Positions 13,901-24,132 of a stretch of 64,000 bases of DNA are shown here, one piece after another. This DNA comes from Phoronis australis (lineage: Eukaryota; Animalia; Phoronida): assembly GCA_002633005.1 (NCBI GenBank), contig NMRA01000023.1:640205-704204 (forward strand). Reading direction: 5' to 3'. Numbering within the stretch: position 1 is the first letter of the stretch; every line of letters begins with the position of its first letter. The translations under genes were made by a program, and so were the position numbers. The notes under the pieces were generated by a model, which was not told the DNA's origin, searched no databases, and saw only the letters and a program-made list of their open reading frames with translations.

Positions 13901-16900
13901 TTTTGGCAAAAAGCAAAAACAAACGATTCACTCACTTCTTGTCAAGTTTGCTAGGAAATGCTGGTTGCACAGTGGTACAAGCTCAAGGTGACGTAGATGT
14001 TTTAATTGTAGAAACAGCAGTAGAGAACGCAGCACAGGGTCCAACTACCCTTATTGCAGACGATACAGACTTGTTGATTCTTTTGCGTTACCATGCTACT
14101 TCACAACAAATTTCATGTTCATGAGACACCAAAGCAAGAGAAGAGTCTGGGACATCAAGGAACTACAGTTGTCTCTTGGTGCCGAAACTTGCGCAGATTT
14201 GCCATTTGCGCATGCAATAGGTGGTTGCAACACAACATTACAGCTGTTCGGTATTAGCAAAGGCTCTCCCATTCAAGAAACTGCGTGATCGAGAATTGTG
14301 CAAAAACTCTGGTCAGAGTATTCACTAGACACATGCAGCTGAAGCAAGACATATTTGAAGCTGGTAAGAGTTGTATCTGTGCTTCATGGCGGTAGTGGCT
14401 CTGGAAATTTGGACGACTTGTGATACAGGCAATTTGTGGATGAGGTGTCAGACTAGCCACAGTCCAAATACAGTCATTATCACCAACTTTCTTCAGTAGC
14501 TAAATTCCATGCTGCCGGGACATATTATCAAGAGCAAGAGCGGTCAAATTTCCGTGGCAGTGACTCGCTGTATTGGGGATGGATGATGGCAGGTGGAAAA
14601 TTCATTCCCACGACGACGGACCATTCAGCAGCACCAGATAACCTGCTGAAAGTAGTGAGATGCTCGGGTAAGACCAACTGCAGTTCCAAGAGATGTTCTT
14701 GCAGGAAGTTAGGATAGCCGTACTCGGTTGCATGTGGAGAATGCCGTGGTTTTAGCTGCAGCAGTTCATTCTGAGTTGACAGAGATTAGTTGTATAAATA
14801 CTGGTTGATTGTGTATAGATTCACTAGCATTTACAACTAACTGGAAGTGACACAGACAGTATGGATAGCAAATCACTGAATTAATTACAGAGAGTTATTT
14901 TCAATACAGCACATTTTTCAGGAGGAGAATGATCCTTCAGTTCAGACAAACCTGATGTTTTTCACCCAAATAAGTTATTCGTTAAACCATCTTGAAAATG
15001 GTAGTCGTAATCATCAAGAGCTAGACAAAAATTATTGTAATGGATGTGCTGACTTAAAAAGCTCAGGATGTGGCGTGTCTCTGGAATCTGAAGTTCTTAC
15101 ACGAAGCAACTATTTGGTGGCCATCTTAGAAAATGGTGGAAGTAATCATTAGAGCCAAACGCAATGAGTCTAAATGGATTAGCCGACCCAGAAAACCAAT
15201 GATACTTGAAGCAAGACGACACACTAATCTGTTTGTGCGAAGTTGTGCGATTCGAAATAGTTTTGAAGGCCATCTTGGAAAATGGCTGATGGTGTCACCA
15301 CGGCCATGCAAAACTTTTCCAATGGATTTGTTGACCCACAAAAGATAGGTAAACATTTTTGAATTTTTAATCTATCACATTTCACTCTCGAGTTATAATG
15401 ATCATCTGCAAATCTGGTGGAAGTAATCATTAGTGCCAAATGCAATGCCTCTCAATGGATTAGTCGACCCACAAAACCTATGATGCGATGTTTGAAGCAA
15501 GACGACACACTAAACTGTTCGTGTGAAGTTGTGCAACTCAAGTAGATTTGGCGGCCATCTTGGAAAATGGCGGACGGTGTCACCACAACCATGTAAAACC
15601 ATTTTCAATGGAATTGTTGACCCACAAAACATAGGTAAACCTTTTTGAATTTTACTCTATCACATTCCACTCTTGAGTTATAGTGCGCATCAGAAAATCT
15701 GGCAGCCATTTTGTCCGCTATCTTGAAAAACCAACTTCCGACACTCCGATTCCGGTAGACTTTTTTCCCACTAAGGCGTGTGAAAGGATACGATTTATGC
15801 AATAAAACCTTCTGTTGCATTTTTTCCGGGTTATCCTTAGAATGACTGGACTAACTGGACTATAAAATATTCAGGCAACAGATTCTAACATGTGAATCTC
15901 CATTGGAGCAAAAGCGTGGCTGCTGATCTGCTTGCTTGGAGGTGTGCCGCTATTTCGTACCTCACGGCATAGGTGAGTGATGAATGCGGAAGGCGAGAAT
16001 TACTGTTACATGAGATCGTTTGATTCTGTAGTACTTCAACGATGAAAGCCAATGTTTCGGGTTATATGCGTTCTAAAACCTCATTATCTTAAAAACTTGT
16101 TTCGTCATTATCACTGGCTCTTGTTCACTATGAATGAAGAGCCGTAGTTATGATACCTATGAGATGAGCAGTTACATGTTAGTGATATATAATCGCCTCA
16201 ACAATGAGTTTTCGGCATCGTACACAGAGGTCCTATTCAATGGATGTTTCGACAAAATCCGTTAGGCCACGCCAACAATAGTTATAGTTGAGAAGTGTCA
16301 ATCGGGAAAATCAAATTTGACGGAGGTCCTCTGCAAGTGCACAATGATGATATTTTAGTAAAACTGATACCGCATATGGAACCAAAGAATCATGAAGAGC
16401 CTCGGAGGAAAATTAAACGTTAGCCGTTACACACAGCGATACCTTTTCGATACCTTGAGTCAGTTTGAAGATTTCTTAACCATTCCCATCAACAGTTTCA
16501 TAAAGATATCGATATCGTTGCAAACAGCCTGGTACTGTGGTTGGGTTGCTAGTATGGTTATTTTACTCTGCATTTAGTATTCGGGAACATGATTAGATGT
16601 GCTGGTCGTTGATATGAATTGTAAATGTTCATCGAAAAGTCATATTCTTGCTTTCGTTTGTAAGGAATGTTTTTAGAACTAAAGACGGAGGGGGGAGCGT
16701 AGTGTTCAGATCTTCCCACGCCCTGATTGGCTGGAATTGATATCATGATACCCATATTAGTCGGTCATGGTGTTTTCTCAGCTTAAATGAATGCAGAGAC
16801 AAAATGCTAGAAACTCACTGTTGGGTTGTGGACGCCATGTCATTATTGTTCCGCGAATAATTAATGATGCCTCAGGAATAGTAGTTAAACCTCAACGTTG

Positions 16901-19900
16901 TTTCTAAGGAGATTTGGAAACATAGCAAATATGTTGCTTGTTCCTTACCTGAAAGCTTGACAGAAATGAAATCTCAAGTTTGTGTTCAGTTTAAGTATCA
17001 TGCGTTTTTTCAGTCACAATTTGTGATTTCCAATTGCAACTGCGACAATTACATTCAGCTGAACGAAATTTTTAGTTCTGTCAATAAATGAACCTTCTGT
17101 GAAAAAATAACTTAAACAGCTTTGCACTTATTAAACTAGCACCAGCCTGTGCTATAAAAAAATTCTTGGCTTGGAAAGAACTGAACATTTGATTGAAGTC
17201 ACGCTCAATAATTTGGGATAACCCACCTCGTCATTTTGTGTGATCAATGCGTCTCGGATGATGCACTGAAGTTGTACTGCTTGCTTGTCGTAGGAAGTCG
17301 CCATCCGCGAAATCAGAACAGAGCAAAAAGCCCACGCTGATGTCTTGTCTGTTCCTGAAGCGGGGTCGGAGGACAGTTTCCATGAGTTTACTAAGAACAA
17401 AAAGGTCGACATTATTCCCGATCACGGAGCACGAGAAGAAGCCGATATCGATCAACAAAAGCCTCTGCTATTAGTCGTGAGAAAACACATTCATTATTCT
17501 GTCAAATTGATATCAGTTTAAATAGAGCGGTTTGATGTACTGAGTTGGCCTCGGGTGAAAGAATGGTGATTTAATTTGGTACAAACATAATATAATAGAA
17601 ATGCCGGAGTCAAAGGTTATAAAATAAGCATTTCATTACCTAAATTACTAATACTAACTTATAAATCCCAGTACTAGTGAGCCCAGTCGCCTGACTAAAA
17701 AACCGGTCGTAAACCCCGTATTCGTAATTCGCGCACAAACTGTTCCGGTAAGCTAGGTAGGTCACCTGCACCCGTTCCTCTTAAAGAGGCATAGAACGTA
17801 AAAATTCGCAAACAATACCTTTTGAACAGATCGTGGCAAATCTACTTTTTAGGGATACTAACGCAAGAGTCATTCACTTTGAAAATTGTGAAAATTTCGA
17901 GAAAAATTCGTGAGATTCACCATTTTTAAAATTCAGACGAAAGATAAACTCTTTCATCCTAATACGGTTTCCAAATTTTCCGACCCTAAAATATGTATGC
18001 GCGCATGCGCTCAAAGAAGTCGGCATGGCTGCTGCCCGAAATTGTCATTTTTTGTTTACATTAAAGGTCAAATGTTACATTTCCCATATAAGGAAAATGT
18101 GTTACGTCTATATCTTGCCATACCAAACAAGGATGGGTGCTTTCCCGTGTTGGAGAAAAATTGACGAAGTGACGACCAGTTGACAGATCTCTTTTTTGAA
18201 ACTTGAAACTATAGGAAAAATGCTTTGAGCAAACCGTAAAAATACCTGGTGAACAGTTTGACCTCTATTTCAGTGGCAGAGAACAACTTTGGTTAATTCA
18301 ATTTAGTCTGTTTTTTGCTTTCTATACCACTTAAATATCTCGTGCTGTTTTCTTTGCGGCCTGTTCCTCTAAATAACCTTAGCCTCGTTCTAGCCTTCTA
18401 CGCACAATCAGTGTCGGCAGAAGCCGGTAACCCACGCAAGCATTATCTCCTACACTTCCTTCTTTGTAGAGTCACATGGGTTGTCTTGTCTGATAGGGGT
18501 GATTCAGTGCTGTCCCCTTACTACGAACTGACACAAGCATAAGTGGAATTATCATGTGTTGCCGTAACAAAGATTTATTGTGATGAGGGGACCAAGTTTG
18601 TACGTTTGTTGAGATGGCCAACCATTGTTGCTAAGTTTCTCGAAATCATTCCATGACCATCATGAGTCGGAATTAATTGCAATAGGAACCCCGTGAGCGT
18701 GCGCCTCTCATTTAAAGCACGTTTTTGACCAAATTTGCCATCCCAAGATCGTCTCATCGATGTTAAAATGGGCTCTGAGATTGAGAATGATGTCCCCAAG
18801 CTCAGGAAATGGCCTATTTAGGGACCCAGGCGTTTTTACATTATTTGCATTATAGTATATCGTTCGGCAATCTTCTTGGTATATGAGCCATACATGGCAA
18901 AAACGCTTGTGATCTCTTCAAAGGGTCTAAACACTAGCCGTATAGAATGCTACTGATTTACAGTATAATTGCGAATTGCATTTCGCCCTGTTTACTCTTT
19001 TAATATCGGTCTCGAACGTTTTCTTACTATGACAACACTTGGCTTGTCCCGTTACAAACTTACAGACCAGCAACAGGTCAAGAAACGCGTCGGATTCCAT
19101 TCAAAATGGACCAGTATGGAGGCACAAAGACTATCTCCGCTTGTAAATCGCAGATCGGCTGTTGATTTTGATTCTTCGGATGAGAACTCTAATTATATTT
19201 AAAGTGACAGCTAAACACGACGAAATACAGCTCTTTCAAGTGTCATTTCTATTTTCAGGAACTGAACCACGTTCCCCTAGATTCCATGGTATCCTATTTT
19301 GTGATCTTAAATGCAATCGAGGAAAATTTAACAGAATACAAGGCTATTCGAGAAGACTTGGATAAGGTTAGTTTACAAATTCTGGTCTGAACTCAAATTG
19401 GCGTTCTCTGGCACTCGTCGCATTTGTGTTTGATAGACTAATACGATGTTCCAAATGAGCTCAACTCTTAAACGGTAGTGACACATAGGACGGATGATGG
19501 ATATTTGTAATGAATGTGGTCTCTGTGAGCCGGCAATATTTTCTGGCATAGAAGCTAAGTTGAGACGATACACTTGCACATGTTAAAAAGGAATCACTGG
19601 TATTTACTACGTCGCTTTCCATTTCTTCCAGATAGCAGAAGTAATCATGGCGGCCAATTTTGGTTCCGAGCGAGAGGACGGAGAAGACCATTACGCTGAA
19701 TATTTAAAACATTCAGGAAAAAACGCGCCGTCCGACATGTCTATGGTGGCAGATAAGCTGGCATGTACTATTGTGACGTGCAGTATTTGTTGACTCGCTT
19801 TCTCCTCACTTTCTGTTTAAATATGGAAATCATGAAATGAGCTAATTAACTGTATTGAACTGGACTCGAAATTTTCTTTGCCATGAGAGCAATTGGCCTT

Positions 19901-22900
19901 CAAAACGGGATTGGTTTAATTTTGGAAAGGCTGGCGATCCTTTTCAAAGTAGAGACTTTTGACACTCTTTTTGAAAAGTTACTCAACTTGCTAATGCCGT
20001 GGACTACTCATGTTCTGGAGTTTATGTCTCCAAAGGTTGTTGTACTTTTCACTGTTATCATTGTCAGTGAAGGGAAATCATACTTATTAAGTTAAATTAC
20101 AGAAGAAAGGTGACATATTGTCGAATCTCATGAAGATGAAAACAAGCAACATAACGGGATTTGACCGCAAACCGCGGAGGCAAAGCACTAAGGTAATATC
20201 AAATCGTCTGCGATATGAAACATTCTCTAAATGCTTATGACTACGGTGGGCTAACAAAGATGTCTACTTTTTAAGAACGATCATGGGCAGGCCTCGACGT
20301 TTTAATAAACTGTACGTGCAAGAAATGGAATGACTAAAATGCTATGGATGATTTCCAATACCTTTATTCACGTACAGTATTTTGGGTAATAGTCGCTTAA
20401 AGAGGTCCTGGATTTTGAAAACACTTTTCCCGTTATTCAGTGGGGGAAATAAGTTCTCAAAAAGCGGGACCCCAGGCTTTAGGGGTGCTGCATGTGTATA
20501 TTGTGCATTGTGGTTAATATACAGTGGCGGATCTAGGATATCACAAGGGGGGGGCAACATTTTGTCCGGCTGTAAGCATTTGCGCAAAGTGAACCACAAT
20601 TGTAGATGCGCATAGCACCGAATGGGCGAACCCCCCTCCCGCTCAGGAAATTTTTCTGTTTTTACCTCTAAAATTCAAGCATTTTCCTTGATTCCTGAAG
20701 TAGTATCCAAGAAAAAAAGGAAAAAAAATGAAAACACGGAGAACGTGTCAAACAGGAAAAACTGAACGTACCAAAGACTCGAACTCCCGACCTGGCGAAC
20801 GAAGAGCACTTGCGTAACCACTACACCACCACGATTTACCTACAAATCTGTTACTAAAAGACCTACTTGTTTATGGTCCACAGCGTTTGCGTGCGAAACC
20901 TACTTCTTTTCGTAATGCTATACTTTTTATATTTTGTGCCATCAATTCTTAACAAATTTGTTGTATTTTTAAATAGTCTTCAAATGCCCAAAAGACCAAA
21001 TCCGTTTTTCGTGTTGGCAATAATGACGGGATTGCTTTGGAAATCGTCTTAAGATAAGGTTTGACAAAGAGAGTATTGCGAGTTTCTGAGTGATTCACTA
21101 AGGCTTCGATTAACATTCACACCTCACCAGCAGCTTCTGTTTTTTCATCGTCACTCAGGTTCCATTCTCTTTAAATTTTCTTCATTGCACAGTGGAGCAG
21201 AAGACAAAAACGGGGTCGTAGTACGCAGCGCCACTGCCGGTCGCCTGGGATATCGCGGGAAAGCCTATACTTAGCCATAGTTCCGTTACGAATGCGCCGT
21301 GTTCCGAATTTGACGCTTGAAATTGGGTTTGAGCCCCCCAAACTCTAAAACTGCACACATTTAAATCTTTTTTCATCCGTATAATTTTAATTACCGGGGT
21401 TAATTAATAAACTCACCATTTCCCTAAGCTCTTACTTTTTTATTGTTTATGCGGCAGCCAAGGGGGGGGGGGGGNNNNNNNNNNNNNNNNNNNNNNNNNN
21501 GGCACGATTACAGACGTGACATTGTCTGGTTCCTGAAAGACAGCGTACAGGCTGTGTATGTGCACGTGTTTATGTTAGGTATTCCCGCGAGGGGACAGTA
21601 TTGAGTTTATCCGAGAGTTATAAGACACGATTACAAATGTGACTTACATCCTCCGTCTGGTTCCTGAATGACAGTGTATATGTCCCTAACGATCTTCTTT
21701 TTGATAGTTGCTTTGATCCATTCTTGATATGGGAGATGATGAGAAAGGTCACACGCACTGAAGTGAGGCTAATTTGTACTTGTAGGCTGGTCTAGATGAG
21801 TTCATCATGAACGCTGCCTGTGATTTGATGCACGTACCGGACAAAAGCATGTCCAAGAAACAAGTGAATAACAAACTGTTCAAGATAGGGAAAGGCTTGT
21901 CCGAGGCTTTCTCTGAAGTAAGATCTATTTAAACGTCATTACAAAAATGGGGCTACACAAACGTATGATTTCCGGGCACTCATGGAAAAACGTCAAAAAT
22001 CTATCTTACAAAACTATAGCGCGTTGGTCAAGTTTTTGTCATTCGACATCAACTGGTGTTTTTTAGGAATGCCGGTATTAATTATAGACAGAAATTCCGT
22101 AACGTCTTCTGTCCGTATGTTACTGAATAAGTTGCGATGTGCCTCAGCTCGACCGGGAGATGCGTTCTAGATGTACATGTACGTTCTATACTTTTAGTCA
22201 TTGGAAGATGAGTTTGCAATCCGAATAGAATATGTTCTCTGAATACCATTTACTATTTTAAACCTGTTACCCGTATCACAGTTTATACATTTCTATTAAA
22301 AATGACAATCGCCTATGATTAGACTTGATCCGAGGAAAAACGTTCAAAATTTCTGTCTGCAGGAACACGTTATTTCAAATGGTGGTGGTCGGCGTGGAGT
22401 AAAATCTGTTACCAGCAAAGTAAGTCTCCCAGTCACGTGTGTACAATAAGTTTCCATTGGGTATGTTTCTATGTACATGCATGATTCTAAGATCGCGCGT
22501 ATCGTTGGCAGCAGAATACCGATTTATTAGTGTAATTATTACCAAATTATTTCAGTAATAATTCTTTAGCCAGTCAGAACCATAATAATAACAGCAATGA
22601 ATATTTATTACTGTGACACTTCTTTATTACTATATATTTATTCCTGGCTTCTGATTGGCTTAAGAATCATTATTGAAATAATTCTATTAGAGTCATTGGG
22701 TAAAAAATCGGACCACTTTGTCTGTCTCGCAGACACGTTTGCTGGTTGATCAACACTGCTCGCGCACATAATATTTCTGTGCTGGGGGTGTCATTTCTGT
22801 GCTCACGAAACATCTCGCCGATAGAGCTATTGGACTATTTTTGTTGCCGTTTCACTTTTTCAATATGTTAATATTTCTCTCTGCATGCGATTGTCAAGTT

Positions 22901-23773
22901 TGTTTTAAAAATTAAATGTTGATTCTTTATGGATACTCGTGTTCACGGGATCATACATGTAGTATACGCGAGGACATCCGACATGTATTGTTGAGCACAA
23001 AGTGAGGTCAACAGTGTTTCATTGTGCCCTTAAACACACTTCCTTATATGTGCGTTTTTAGCTGATTTTTTGTTTTCATTTCATGGCTTAAAGCTGCCAT
23101 TCGCCCTATTTAGCTGGCTAAAAGCAAACATTGAATTGGTCCTTTTACTCTTATGCAATCGGTCTCATAATATTCCTTACCGTGATAGGACCCCATTTAC
23201 CTAGCCATATCAAGTCTCAACAAATGACTACGAGCCACTTTCGAAGCTGCAATTTTAAGGTCGACCAACCCCAAGCATTTTCTCGGGTCACTAGTGGTAA
23301 TGGAAACTTTCACAGTAAGGAGTATTATGATACCTGCCCATATTTATAAGAGAATAAAGTACATAATTGGATTTTTTAGCCACCTAAACATAATATATTA
23401 TTATTACCATCATTATTATCACTTATCATTACCATTTATCATTATCATTGTCAGTATATTTATTCACAAAATTCTTAAAGAGAATGGTGCGACATTTTCA
23501 TTGACTGGACTAATTTTGTTTTGAAAACCTTATAACGTTGTTATATTTGGAGGTCAACAATTTGCAGGAGTTTGCAGCAGTTAGCAGCAGTTTGCTTAAA
23601 TCTCATTACGTGTATTTGTGGTGACTGGTAATTTCATTGACTTACTTCTGTTTCAGGATAGTCATTTCAAGGAAAACAATAAAGGTACAAGTGTTGACAA
23701 GACTAAAGAAAGGAATTTAAAGCAAAAAAAATTCAGCGTACCGCCGACAAGAGGCTCTGGAAGTCGTAACTAA
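1867..23773 (+). CDS. CATSPER4: Cation channel sperm-associated protein 4 (CatSper4 pore subunit), 16-exon model, about 576 aa
   Basis: Phase-compatible exons: 1867-1997, 2719-2853, 4792-4858, 5259-5421, 5923-5995, 6107-6165, 9550-9660, 10207-10271, 10575-10685, 17294-17476, 19259-19366, 19632-19760 (or -19745), 20103-20192, 21786-21917, 22363-22419, 23657-23773. The product has 6 TM segments, S4 [16 protein letters not shown], pore [17 protein letters not shown] (TQDGW is the CatSper4 signature; CatSper1 TLDDW, CatSper2 TLDHW, CatSper3 TVDGW) and C-terminal [22 protein letters not shown] resembling human CatSper4 LEAIQENLRQYKEIRDEL (recalled). First exon and last three exons are less certain. 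Confidence 0.92.
2719..2853 (+). CDS. CATSPER4: CatSper4 exon, pre-S1
   Basis: gacag| KHMLFHGD...[16 protein letters not shown]|gtttgt, joins S1 exon in frame. Confidence 0.8.
4620..4770 (+). mobile_element. Degenerate tRNA-derived SINE-like fragment
   Basis: Pol III B-box GGTTCGAGTCC at about 4673-4683; A-box eroded. Confidence 0.3.
4792..4858 (+). CDS. CATSPER4: CatSper4 exon, S1
   Basis: ttttag| [22 protein letters not shown] |gtaagt. Confidence 0.9.
5259..5421 (+). CDS. CATSPER4: CatSper4 exon, S2-S3
   Basis: tttcag| [54 protein letters not shown] |gtcagt. Confidence 0.93.
5523..5607. repeat. Perfect inverted repeat, 41-bp arms, 3-nt loop
   Basis: TTTTGCTTTGAGAAAGTATGAACTTTTGCTGATATAAAATC-AAA-exact reverse complement. 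Confidence 0.95.
5923..5995 (+). CDS. CATSPER4: CatSper4 exon, S4 voltage sensor
   Basis: tttcag| [23 protein letters not shown] |gtacgt. Confidence 0.93.
6107..6165 (+). CDS. CATSPER4: CatSper4 exon, S4-S5 linker
   Basis: cttcag| [19 protein letters not shown] |gtaagt. Confidence 0.92.
7725..8880 (+). mobile_element. Non-autonomous DNA transposon, terminus CA(T/C)AGAACTCTAGCCCTGGAATGC (P-like termini), copy 1
   Basis: Same terminus at 40184 (+) and ending 58553 (-); 7790-8230 matches 56590-57030 reversed; 8575-8875 matches 40230-40620 reversed. Confidence 0.75.
8508..8580. repeat. (CA)n microsatellite spanning an N gap
   Basis: Direct observation. Confidence 0.9.
9550..9660 (+). CDS. CATSPER4: CatSper4 exon, S5
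   Basis: cctcag| [36 protein letters not shown] |gtaata. Confidence 0.92.
10207..10271 (+). CDS. CATSPER4: CatSper4 exon, pore loop
   Basis: tttcag| [21 protein letters not shown] |gtaatt. Confidence 0.95.
10575..10685 (+). CDS. CATSPER4: CatSper4 exon, S6
   Basis: tttcag| [37 protein letters not shown] |gtatgt. Confidence 0.93.
12040..14772 (+). pseudogene. Academ transposase pseudogene (C-terminal part)
   Basis: Motifs broken by stops and frameshifts: [160 protein letters not shown]. Confidence 0.85.
15133..15700 (+). repeat. Two tandem subterminal repeats of about 285 bp inside the Academ element
   Basis: TGGTGGAAGTAATCATTAG... unit recurs at about 15134 and 15416 with collinear similarity. 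Confidence 0.85.
17294..17476 (+). CDS. CATSPER4: CatSper4 exon, post-S6 cytoplasmic
   Basis: tcgtag| [11 protein letters not shown]...[11 protein letters not shown] |gtgaga, phase 0. Confidence 0.8.
19259..19366 (+). CDS. CATSPER4: CatSper4 exon, C-terminal coiled coil
   Basis: tttcag| [36 protein letters not shown] |gttagt. Confidence 0.9.
19632..19760 (+). CDS. CATSPER4: CatSper4 exon, C-terminal
   Basis: ttccag| [17 protein letters not shown]...SMVADKL; donor either GCATGT at 19761 or GTGGCA at 19746, both phase 0. Confidence 0.75.
20103..20192 (+). CDS. CATSPER4: CatSper4 exon, C-terminal
   Basis: ttacag| [30 protein letters not shown] |gtaata; DILSNLMKM resembles human DLLSALVSM. Confidence 0.75.
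20522..21500. mobile_element. MITE beginning CAGTGGCGGATCTAGG; right end in the N gap; contains a tRNA-like segment
   Basis: Typical non-autonomous TIR start followed by G-runs; tRNA-like A-box TGGTGTAGTGG and B-box GAGTTCGAGTC on - at about 20776-20828. Confidence 0.55.
21786..21917 (+). CDS. CATSPER4: CatSper4 putative C-terminal exon
   Basis: ttgtag| [12 protein letters not shown]...KGLSEAFSE |gtaaga, open, phase 0. Confidence 0.6.
22363..22419 (+). CDS. CATSPER4: CatSper4 putative C-terminal exon
   Basis: ctgcag| [19 protein letters not shown] |gtaagt, phase 0. Confidence 0.6.
22546..22683. mobile_element. Small palindromic MITE
   Basis: AATTATTTCAGTAATAATTCTTTAGCCAGTCAGAA and inverted TTCTGATTGGCTTAAGAATCATTATTGAAATAATT. 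Confidence 0.65.
23657..23773 (+). CDS. CATSPER4: CatSper4 putative last coding exon
   Basis: tttcag| [10 protein letters not shown]...[13 protein letters not shown]. Confidence 0.6.
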   Translation, partial: DSHFKENNKGTSVDKTKERNLKQKKFSVPPTRGSGSRN

Positions 23774-23983
23774 TATCAGCTGGAATGGGTTTACCCTGCC
23801 AATCTTGATTCAATGCAATATTATTTGATAGAGTTGGTGAATAACCAATAACGTGTTGACCACACTATCACTGTTACAAGGTTTAGTGTTTGTCGCTTAT
23901 GGGTTGGACAGTTTAGTTGTTGCAATTTAATATCAACTCAGTTTCATTGAGAGACTAATACATGCTTGGATTCTTGTCTGATG

Positions 23984-23989
23984 TTTATT
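23984..23989 (-). promoter_or_regulatory. Polyadenylation signal of the Kazal gene
   Basis: AATAAA on -, 37 nt after the stop codon. Confidence 0.55.
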
Positions 23990-24026
23990 GAAAAGTTCAC
24001 CTGTCTCTAACCAATTCAACACGGCT

Positions 24027-24132
24027 TTATTGCTCAGGTTTGGTAGTAGAGCCTTCCTCTGTCGGTCTTACAGGTTTGCAAAAGGCAGGGCGGATGGTGT
24101 TATCTTTGCAGTAGGCCTGGTAGAAGAAACAC
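24027..24132 (-). CDS. Kazal gene last exon
   Basis: ttgcag| CFFYQAYCKDNTIRPAFC...KPEQ TAA. Confidence 0.88.

Larger units (their letters stand above)
10931..15862 (+). mobile_element. Academ-superfamily DNA transposon, decayed and internally deleted, in a CatSper4 intron
   Basis: Imperfect TIRs of about 150-170 bp (T(G/A)GTCCAGTCATTCTA(G/A)GG...GCAACAGA.GG.TT.TTGCATAAAT...CTACCG.AATCGGAGTG.CGGAAGT.GGTTTTTCAAGAT) enclosing a broken transposase + XPG-like nuclease + Cys-finger ORF. Confidence 0.85.

Noticed and set aside
19066-19142. Possible extra CatSper4 exon
   Set aside because: Phase does not fit cleanly, and the direct join QKPLLLV-ELNHVP matches CatSper4 spacing.
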